Assembly: GCA_044233605.1 (NCBI GenBank)
Contig: JBIIJS010000001.1
Coordinates: 1 to 40,591, forward strand
DNA length: 40,591 nucleotides
Direction: 5' to 3'
Source: Cyanobium sp.
GTDB lineage: Bacteria > Cyanobacteriota > Cyanobacteriia > PCC-6307 > Cyanobiaceae
Shown here: piece by piece, positions 1 through 6,715 of the stretch
How the letters are laid out: every line of letters starts with the position of its first letter
Numbering within the stretch: position 1 is the stretch's first letter
Position numbers and translations under genes: made by a program
Notes under the pieces: generated by a model
Seen by the model: only the letters and a program-made list of their open reading frames with translations
Told to the model about the DNA's origin: nothing
The model's database searches: none

Positions 1-851
1 GGCTGCAGACCGAAGACACCGCGGAAGTCGCGGCTGAACTGACTCACATGGCTGTAACCATGCTCCACGGCGATTGTCGAGACGGTATCGCCGGGCTTCG
101 CGTCAAGAAGACGTTGCCGGGCTGATTCCATGCGGGTGCGGCGGATCCATTCATTCGGCGCACATCCGAAACGCTCCTGGAAGGCATTGCGCAGGCTGCG
201 CTGGGAATATCCGCTGCGCTGCTCCAGCTCCGGAAGGCTGATTGAGCGGTGGCAGTTGGCGCGGATCCAACCGAGCAGCTCATCGATGATGCTGGCCTTC
301 TCCGCTGCTCCAGCGGCCCGGCTCGTCACCCCGAGGATCCAGTCGCCCCAGAAACTCAGCACCACCAGTCGATCGAGCACCTCCTCCAGCCCGATCTGCT
401 GGGCATCGATCGCATGCTGGTCTCTCCACTCGTGCACCAGTGAGGCCAGAGCAAGGAGACGTTGCAGATAGCGATCGCTTTCCTTCGACCCTCCCTGGAT
501 GCTGATCGTCTGCTGCAACATCTGCTCGAAGCGTCGTGGGCTCCAGGCGAACTCGCTCAGCCTCGCTGCTGCTTCTGCCAATCGGCGGCTGTTCAGCCTC
601 AGATGCACCCCCTCGATTGCAATGGGCTCCTTCGCAGAGACGGCAGAATCGGGGATGTAGCGAGCCGACGCGCTCCTGCCGATGCCAGGGGCCGCCGGAA
701 TAAGAATCAAGCAGGCATCACCGTCGTTGCTGTGGCAAAGAGCAGTGCGAGGAAGCGAATCGATCCAGAAGACGCTCCGACGCTGATGCTCCGACGGTTC
801 GTGGATGATCGGCGCCAGGCTCGTGCGGTGGGTGGCGAGTGCGGTGACCAA
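1..851 (-). CDS. AraC-family transcriptional regulator (3' end runs off the window; start uncertain: TTG 851 or ATG 521)
   Basis: Not in the ORF track. Manual minus-strand translation is open from 980 to the edge and ends IIDELLGWIRANCHRSISLPELEQRSGYSQRSLRNAFQERFGCAPNEWIRRTRMESARQRLL...TVSTIAVEHGYSHVSQFSRDFRGVFGLQ, a typical AraC double-HTH domain. Confidence 0.9.
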   Translation of the reverse strand, partial: MVTALATHRTSLAPIIHEPSEHQRRSVFWIDSLPRTALCHSNDGDACLILIPAAPGIGRSASARYIPDSAVSAKEPIAIEGVHLRLNSRRLAEAAARLSEFAWSPRRFEQMLQQTISIQGGSKESDRYLQRLLALASLVHEWRDQHAIDAQQIGLEEVLDRLVVLSFWGDWILGVTSRAAGAAEKASIIDELLGWIRANCHRSISLPELEQRSGYSQRSLRNAFQERFGCAPNEWIRRTRMESARQRLLDAKPGDTVSTIAVEHGYSHVSQFSRDFRGVFGLQ

Positions 852-988
852 CGTCGTCGAATGGAGCTTTTGGTATGCCTCACTCTGCTTGTTGCGCTTG
901 CGATGCAGGCATCGAAAAGGGCCAGATGTACCGGGCTCTGACGCCGGTACTGGCTGGCCCCACGGTGCCGAATCGGCCGACTATGCGT

Positions 989-1402
989 TCACCAGGGGCG
1001 TGGGCCCCGGCCGGCACCGATGCTGCATCCCACCTGCTGACCCAGCAGTGCCCCGAGCGGCACGGCCCAGGTACGGCCGTCCTGGCGAGAAGTGGCATAG
1101 CCCAGGCCGCCGCCGACGATGCCGCCGACCAGGCGGCCGATGTTGCAGCGATCAGCCTGCAGGGCCTGAAGCTGGGCGGGATCGATGGGTGCCGGGGTGC
1201 CGTAGGCGTAGCGATCCGGTCGCACCTGAGGGCGGGGCACGGGAGGGAGGGGAACCTGTGCCCTGGTGCCGGGGATGTAGTCGTAATAGACCCCCGGGGT
1301 CGCAAAGGCAGCCAGCGGACTGGCGGCCAGGGCGAGTAGTAGGCCGCCGAGGCTTGCCTCGGCGAGACGGCGGCTCCAGGGGCAGCTGTGCTGGCTCGAC
1401 AT
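989..1402 (-). CDS. Exported glycine-zipper 2TM domain protein
   Basis: Signal-peptide-like N-terminus (LGGLLLALAASPLAAFA); C-terminal GRLVGGIVGGGLGY...AVPLGALLGQQVG glycine zipper flanked by two Cys. Confidence 0.75.
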   Translation of the reverse strand: MSSQHSCPWSRRLAEASLGGLLLALAASPLAAFATPGVYYDYIPGTRAQVPLPPVPRPQVRPDRYAYGTPAPIDPAQLQALQADRCNIGRLVGGIVGGGLGYATSRQDGRTWAVPLGALLGQQVGCSIGAGRGPRPW

Positions 1403-1598
1403 GGTGGTCGTGGATGTGGAGGAGGCCCCTTCCGGGGTGAACCCAATCAAGCGGGAGAATGTGACCGGCCGATGACCAACGCTCCGGCAGGTTCTGACTG
1501 AATGCGACCGGATGAAGCTTCGTGGCGGGCTCCGCCCCGTCGTGGCCAGAACCGCCGGCGCTTGTCAGCCTGAGGGGGAGACGAGCCGCTGCAAGCCA

Positions 1599-1814
1599 AT
1601 GGGCCTTGGTGAATTGGAGCGCCTGGTGGACGAGGCTGAGTGCGATGGCGTGATCCGTCGTTCACTGCGCTGCTGCCGTTCCCGCGCCGAACTGGTGCTG
1701 GCTGCGCGGCGACTCGGCTACGGCATCCATCGCATCGATCTGCGCAACGCCTGGCTGCTGCACCAGCGCCAGGTGCCCATCGCACCATCATCAGAACTCA
1801 CAAGTGTCGCCTGA
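1599..1814 (+). CDS. Nif11-like domain small protein
   Basis: MGLGELERLVDEAECDGVIRRSLRCCRSRAELVLAARRLGYGIHRIDL follows the Nif11 helical pattern (L.RF..., L......, lv..A...Gy.i...DL); purine-rich GAGGGGGAG upstream. Confidence 0.7.
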   Translation: MGLGELERLVDEAECDGVIRRSLRCCRSRAELVLAARRLGYGIHRIDLRNAWLLHQRQVPIAPSSELTSVA

Positions 1815-1923
1815 TCGTCGCCAGGCCCTGATCATCAGGGTGCAGATTCTTGCCGCCATGGCCGTGCCTGCGCTGCTGCTGGGCTTCTGGCTGCAGAGCC
1901 GCGGCTTCTTCGCCGCCCCCTGA
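1804..1923 (+). CDS. Small single-pass membrane protein (39 aa)
   Basis: Manual translation from GTG 1804: MSPDRRQALIIRVQILAAMAVPALLLGFWLQSRGFFAAP*; overlaps the Nif11 stop, has host-like codon usage and fills the gap to the USP gene. Confidence 0.55.
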   Translation: MSPDRRQALIIRVQILAAMAVPALLLGFWLQSRGFFAAP

Positions 1924-1966
1924 AGCCGGATGCCGGCCGATGTTTGCTTCCTGAAGGCGTGCGGGA

Positions 1967-2413
1967 TTAGCGCACCACCAGCACCGGGCAGGGGGCCTGC
2001 AGCAGCACCCGCTGGGTCTCGCTGCCGAGCAGCAGCCCCTGCAGGCCGCGGCGCCCGTGGCAGCCCATCACGATCAGATCGCAGCCCAGCCGCTCGGCGG
2101 CTTCGACGATCACGCGGTGTGGCAGATCGCTCGGTACCCGCTCGCAGTCGGCGCTGACGCCGGCGGCGGCGGCCATGCTCGCCGCTTCATCGAGCAACCG
2201 GTCGGCATCGTGGCGGGTGGCGGCCATCAGCGCCTCCATCGTGGCGGCGTCGAGCATGTCCCCCATTCCCATCACGGGCAGAGGCACGTTCGGCTGGGCA
2301 TGTACAAAGGTGATGCGCGCCCCACAGGAGCGGGCCAGCTTCACCGCCTCCTGCACGGCCTTGGTGGAGAGCTCCGAACCGTCGCTCGGCACGAGCAGAT
2401 GGGAGTAGGTCAT
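1967..2413 (-). CDS. Universal stress protein (UspA family)
   Basis: YSHLLVPSDGSELS N-terminus; DLIVMGCHGRRGLQGLLLGSETQRVL...CPVLVVR C-terminal USP motif. Confidence 0.95.
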   Translation of the reverse strand: MTYSHLLVPSDGSELSTKAVQEAVKLARSCGARITFVHAQPNVPLPVMGMGDMLDAATMEALMAATRHDADRLLDEAASMAAAAGVSADCERVPSDLPHRVIVEAAERLGCDLIVMGCHGRRGLQGLLLGSETQRVLLQAPCPVLVVR

Positions 2414-2490
2414 CGACCCGGGGGCTTTTTCCCTGTCTAGCCGCTTCCGGCCACCCCCGCCGGGGCTGCCCGGCTTCCAGAATCGAGCCC

Positions 2491-3810
2491 ATGAACCTGA
2501 TCAGCAACGCCTGGAGTGATCACTGGTATCCGGTGGCCTACCTGCGCGACCTCGACCGCCACCGCCCGGCGGCCTTCACCCTGCTGGAACAGGACCTGGT
2601 GGTCTGGTGGGACCGCGCCGGGGGACGCTGGCGGGCCTTCGCCGATATCTGCCCGCACCGGCTGGTGCCGCTTTCCGAGGGCCGCATCAACGAGGAGGGC
2701 CAGCTGGAGTGCCCTTATCACGGCTGGACCTTCGCTGGCGATGGCCGCTGCACGGCGATCCCGCAGGCCGAGCCCGGCAGCAGGCCGGTGGAACGTCGCT
2801 CTGCCTGCCGCAGCTATGCCACGGCGGAAGGCCAGGGGCTGTTGTTCGTGTTCGCCGGAGACGCCGCGGCGGCGACGGCGGTGCCCCTGCCGCTGGTGCC
2901 CCTGCTGGAAGACACCGCCGATGGCCCCTGGTTGGTGCAGGACACCTTCCGCGACCTGCCGATGGATGCCCTGACCCTGCTCGAGAACGTGCTTGATGTC
3001 AGCCACGTGAATTACACCCACCACGGCACGGTGGGGCGGCGCAGCAATGCCGGTCCGGTGCGCGCCGAGCTGCTCAGCAGCGGTCCGGAGGGGTTCACCG
3101 CCTTCTGGGCGGAGGGGCCGCGGCGCGGCAGCCTTGGCAGCATGCACACCACCTTCGCCGCCCCGGCGTTGATGTGGCACGACCTCAGTGCCAAGGCGCT
3201 CGGCCGCACCCTCACGGTGGTTTATGCCACGCCGATCCGCCGCGGCGAATGCCGACTGTTCGCCCGCTTCCCGTTCCAGTTCCGCTCGGCCCTGCCCCGC
3301 CTGCTGCTGAAGCTGCGGCCCATCTGGCTGCAGCACATCAGCAACCACAAGGTGCTCGAGGACGACCAGATCTTCCTGCACTGGCAGGAGCGGGAGCTGG
3401 AGCGCCGCGGCCGCAGCGAGGCCGCCAGCCGGGCCTTTCACCTGGCCACAGGTTCGGATCTTTACGTGCAGGCTCTGCACGAGTGGGTCAACCGTCACGG
3501 CGGCGACCCCTTCCCCGGCGTTTCCCTGGCGCCACGCAAGAACCTGCCTGCCCTGATGGAGCGCGAGCACAGTCATACCCGCCACTGCGCTGCCTGTTCC
3601 GGTGCCCTGGCCCGGATCCGCCGCTGGCGGCCGCTGGTGGTGATTGGGCCCTGGCTGGCCTTGTTGCTGGTGGCCTGGTGGCAAACCCCTGCGGTTCTGC
3701 TGAGCGGGCTTCTTCTGGCCGCTGCCACTGCCTGGCTTGGGTGGCGGCTGGGGCGTTGGGAGCGGCTGCTGCTGGCCGGCGACGGCCAGGCGCCGCGCAA
3801 CCGTCTCTGA
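2491..3810 (+). CDS. Rieske oxygenase, pheophorbide a oxygenase/Lls1-like family
   Basis: Rieske CPH...CPYH, mononuclear iron site ENVLDVSHVNYTH, EDD motif, C-terminal HTRHCAAC and TM helices. Confidence 0.88.
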   Translation: MNLISNAWSDHWYPVAYLRDLDRHRPAAFTLLEQDLVVWWDRAGGRWRAFADICPHRLVPLSEGRINEEGQLECPYHGWTFAGDGRCTAIPQAEPGSRPVERRSACRSYATAEGQGLLFVFAGDAAAATAVPLPLVPLLEDTADGPWLVQDTFRDLPMDALTLLENVLDVSHVNYTHHGTVGRRSNAGPVRAELLSSGPEGFTAFWAEGPRRGSLGSMHTTFAAPALMWHDLSAKALGRTLTVVYATPIRRGECRLFARFPFQFRSALPRLLLKLRPIWLQHISNHKVLEDDQIFLHWQERELERRGRSEAASRAFHLATGSDLYVQALHEWVNRHGGDPFPGVSLAPRKNLPALMEREHSHTRHCAACSGALARIRRWRPLVVIGPWLALLLVAWWQTPAVLLSGLLLAAATAWLGWRLGRWERLLLAGDGQAPRNRL

Positions 3811-3851
3811 ACCCAGCAAGCGGCTCAACGACCAGTCGATGCCCCCAGTGC

Positions 3852-4526
3852 TCAGCCCGCAGCCTCGCCCCTGCTTGGGTCTTTCCAGCCTGCCAGGTGG
3901 GAGGCTGCCCTTGAGCGCACCAGGGCCCGGGCTGCCGGCAGGGCGGGATCCAGCTGGGCGGAGCTGAAAGGCGGCAGGGGCCGGCTGCGCAGCCAGGCAC
4001 CCCAGCGGAATTCATGGAAGGGGATCAGCGGTGCCGGCTCGATCTGCCCCTCCTTCTTCAGTTTCCAGACGAGGCTGCGATAGGGGTCGTCCTGCAGGTC
4101 GAGCAGGCGCCGCGGCAGGGCGGTGGGGTGCAGGGGGCCCAGGCCCCGGCCGTCGTGCAGGTACAGCCAACCGCGCTGCAGCAGGTCGGTGAGCACCTCG
4201 TGGCGTTCCGCGGTGGCCAGTTCGAGCACCAGATAGCCGCAGGCTTCGGCTTCCGGATCGATCTCCACCAGGCCCCGCAGCCGGTGGTGGCGGTCGACCA
4301 TCCAGAGTTCGCCGGCGGCGCTGCGCACCAGCGGCACGGGCTTGCTCTTCAGGTAGCGGAGTCGCTGCTCGCGTGTCTCCCGGGCGAAATCAACCTGGCG
4401 GCTGCGCACCTCGGCCAGTCCCACGCACATCTGGGTGGGCTGCAGGCTGCCGACGGCCACCCGCAGCAGTGGTTGCCCCTTCGAGGGAGCTGGCAGGGGC
4501 TGGTAGGGGGGCAGGCGCAGACTCAT
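3852..4526 (-). CDS. ParB-like (ParBc_2-type) protein
   Basis: LQPTQMCVG, PVPLV, MVDRHHR, DDPYRSL and PFHEFRWGAWLR motifs recalled from ParB-like proteins. Confidence 0.8.
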   Translation of the reverse strand: MSLRLPPYQPLPAPSKGQPLLRVAVGSLQPTQMCVGLAEVRSRQVDFARETREQRLRYLKSKPVPLVRSAAGELWMVDRHHRLRGLVEIDPEAEACGYLVLELATAERHEVLTDLLQRGWLYLHDGRGLGPLHPTALPRRLLDLQDDPYRSLVWKLKKEGQIEPAPLIPFHEFRWGAWLRSRPLPPFSSAQLDPALPAARALVRSRAASHLAGWKDPSRGEAAG

Positions 4527-4605
4527 GCATCCATCCTTGCGCCTTCTACCCGGCACCGGTGCATCTGGCATCGGGGCGTTACGGTCGACTCAGGTGCCTC
4601 CCCCC

Positions 4606-5796
4606 ATGCCCCCGGTTCCCAACCCGGCCCCCGCCGCCGATCCCGCCGCCATCCACCACCCCGACGCCGCCCTGCCGTCAGTCGGTCCCGCTGGCCCGCT
4701 GGGCGTGCTGGTGTGCGGGCATGGCAGCCGCAACCGGCTGGCGGTGGAGGAGTTCGCCACCCTCGCAGCCCAGCTGCGCGATGCCCTGGCGCCCCTGCCG
4801 GTGGCCCATGGCTATCTGGAGTTTGCTCGGCCGATCCTGCGCGATGGTCTCGAGGAACTGCGCTGCCGAGGGGTGCGCCACGTGCTGGCGGTGCCGGCGA
4901 TGTTGTTCGCGGCCGGCCATGCCAAGAACGACATCCCCTCGGTGCTGAATACCTGGGCGGCCGAGACCGGTGTGCGCGTTGATTACGGCCGTGAACTGGG
5001 GGTGGATCTGAAGATGATCCAGGCCGCCGGCGCCCGCATCCGCGCCGCCATGGAGGCCGCCGATGCCGCAGCTCAGGCCCGGGGCGATGCGCCTGTGGCG
5101 CCGCACGACACCCTGCTGGTGGTGGTGGGTCGCGGCTCCTCCGATCCCGACGCCAATTCCAATGTCGCCAAGGTGACGCGGATGCTGGTGGAGGGTTTCG
5201 GCTTCGGCTGGGGCGAGACCCTTTATTCGGGCGTCACCTTCCCCCTGGTGGAGCCGGGGCTGCGCCATGTGGTGAAGCTCGGTTACCGCCGCCTGGTGGT
5301 GTTCCCCTATTTCCTGTTCTCCGGTGTGCTGGTGAGCCGCATCGTGCAGCACAGTCGCCTGGTGGCGGCCGACCATCCCGACGTGGAGTTCGTGGAGGCC
5401 GCCTATCTGGGCGACCATCCCGAGGTGCTCGCCACCTTCGCCGAACGGGTGGCGGAAGTGCTGCGCGGTGACACCGACATGAACTGCTCGCTGTGCAAGT
5501 ACCGCGCCCAGGTACTGGGTTTCGAGCGGGATGTGGGCGCCCCCCAGCAGAGCCACCATCACCATGTCGAAGGTCTGGTGGAGAGCTGCTCCCTATGCGA
5601 GCGGGAATGCACCGGCGCTTGCCAGAGCGATGGCGTGCCCCTGCCCCTCGCTGACTCTGCCCACAGCCATACGCATGAGCATGGGCACGGCCATGAGCAT
5701 GGTCACAGCCATGCGCCCTACCCCCATGCCGACCACCCCCTTGGTCCCCGCAGCCTGCGCCAGCCGAGTGGGAGTGTGTCTCACGACAGTCTCTGA
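4606..5796 (+). CDS. cbiX: Sirohydrochlorin cobaltochelatase CbiX
   Basis: GHGSR, YLEFARP, AAGHAKNDIP, GRGSSDPDAN, MNCSLC (MxCxxC) motif and His-rich tail. Confidence 0.93.
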   Translation: MPPVPNPAPAADPAAIHHPDAALPSVGPAGPLGVLVCGHGSRNRLAVEEFATLAAQLRDALAPLPVAHGYLEFARPILRDGLEELRCRGVRHVLAVPAMLFAAGHAKNDIPSVLNTWAAETGVRVDYGRELGVDLKMIQAAGARIRAAMEAADAAAQARGDAPVAPHDTLLVVVGRGSSDPDANSNVAKVTRMLVEGFGFGWGETLYSGVTFPLVEPGLRHVVKLGYRRLVVFPYFLFSGVLVSRIVQHSRLVAADHPDVEFVEAAYLGDHPEVLATFAERVAEVLRGDTDMNCSLCKYRAQVLGFERDVGAPQQSHHHHVEGLVESCSLCERECTGACQSDGVPLPLADSAHSHTHEHGHGHEHGHSHAPYPHADHPLGPRSLRQPSGSVSHDSL

Positions 5797-5871
5797 TTGA
5801 TCTCAGACCGTATTCGCAGAGATTTCGCTGCGCGCTGGCGGCAACTCCCGCACGCTGTGTTGCCCGTCTCA
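5778..5871 (+). repeat. 11-bp-phased direct repeats of RTCTCW
   Basis: GTCTCA 5778, GTCTCT 5789, ATCTCA 5800, GTCTCA 5866 (offsets 11, 22, 88); another GTCTCA at 6122 is out of phase. Confidence 0.45.
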
Positions 5872-5899
5872 CTGCACCCAAAATCGGCAGATGTCAGCA

Positions 5900-5920
5900 G
5901 TGATCAGATTTTCTGATCAC
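5900..5920. repeat. Perfect 9-bp inverted repeat
   Basis: GTGATCAGA-TTT-TCTGATCAC. Confidence 0.8.
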
Positions 5921-5927
5921 GTTGGGG

Positions 5928-6022
5928 CTTTCCGCATTCGGGGTGGCTTTTCCACCGAATTGGGGCACTTTTTCCACAGTTGGGGGCCCTGGAGTGCCGT
6001 AGCGGCAGGCTGTTGGGGAAAG
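5928..6022. promoter_or_regulatory. Cluster of DnaA-box-like nonamers
   Basis: TTTTCCACA at 5970 (matches the cyanobacterial DnaA box), TTTTCCACC at 5948, CTTTCCGCA at 5928, CTTTCCCCA on the minus strand at 6014-6022. Confidence 0.5.
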
Positions 6023-6223
6023 CGTCTGATTGCTGATCGATCGGTTGACAGCCGCTGCACGCCTGATCAATGGCGCCGGCATCGGGGCTCCACCGGTCCC
6101 CAGCGCCTGTCGCAACGGCCAGTCTCATCGGTGTGCAGTCTGGTTCTGGGTTGGTCTGTCCGCTTTGACGCAGCCCACCCCGATGTGGCGTAGTGGGGGC
6201 ATCAACCCAGGCAGTTCACCTCC

Positions 6224-6487
6224 ATGGCCATGGATCGGCATTCGATGCGGCAATGTTGCGAAGCCGTTGCCACCGATCCGGCCCCGCTGCCTGCTTGCCG
6301 CATCACGCTCGAGGCCGAGGTGCCCGAGGTGTTGTTCGACGGCATGCGCGCCTTCATCGAAGCGCATCCCCACTGGGATCAATACAGCGTGATCACCTCC
6401 GCCCTGGCAGGTTTTCTGTTTCAGAACGGCTGCCAGGAGCATGGCGTCAGTCAGCACTACCTCGACGGCCTGTTTCTGCGGCCCTGA
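6224..6487 (+). CDS. DUF2811 family protein
   Basis: LEAEVPEVLFDGMRAFIEAHPHWDQYSVITSALAGFLFQNG...YLDGLF resembles cyanobacterial DUF2811. Confidence 0.85.
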   Translation: MAMDRHSMRQCCEAVATDPAPLPACRITLEAEVPEVLFDGMRAFIEAHPHWDQYSVITSALAGFLFQNGCQEHGVSQHYLDGLFLRP

Positions 6488-6563
6488 ACTGGTCAGGACG
6501 AGGTCCCGGATGGGGGGTAGGTGCTGAGGCGGGGCTGGGGCTGGAGCTCGGCGGAAAACGGAC

Positions 6564-6591
6564 AAAAAAAAGCGGGGGTGCCAGCCCCCGC
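6564..6591 (-). terminator. Rho-independent terminator
   Basis: Minus strand GCGGGGG-CTGGCA-CCCCCGC followed by T8. Confidence 0.85.
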
Positions 6592-6632
6592 CTGCGTTTT
6601 CTCCCTTGCCCGACCCGTTGAAAGGTCGCCCC
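6564..6632 (-). ncRNA. Candidate small RNA (~70 nt)
   Basis: Minus strand: CACAAT -10-like hexamer (6641-6636), 5' hairpin CGACC-N8-GGTCG, purine-rich linker GCAAGGGAGAAAAC, then an intrinsic terminator. Confidence 0.45.
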
Positions 6633-6686
6633 GTAATTGTGCGGAACTCGCTGCTTTCAATCTGTGGTCGTTGACACCAGCAGGGC

Positions 6687-6714
6687 GCTTGGATGGGCAT
6701 TTGCCCATCGAAGC
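6687..6714. repeat. Inverted repeat directly after the GMC gene stop
   Basis: GCTT-G-GATGGGCA-TT-TGCCCATC-G-AAGC; no U-tract. Confidence 0.65.
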
Positions 6715-6715
6715 C

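Noticed and set aside
130-941. Plus-strand ORFs 130-471 and 462-941
   Set aside because: Antisense to the AraC gene, which explains the region
1599-1814. Prochlorosin-type lanthipeptide precursor cluster
   Set aside because: No GG cleavage motif or core peptide, and no LanM or peptidase-containing transporter in the window
5891-6193. Short ORFs in the cbiX-DUF2811 gap
   Set aside because: Atypical codon usage and no motifs; the region is better explained as regulatory DNA
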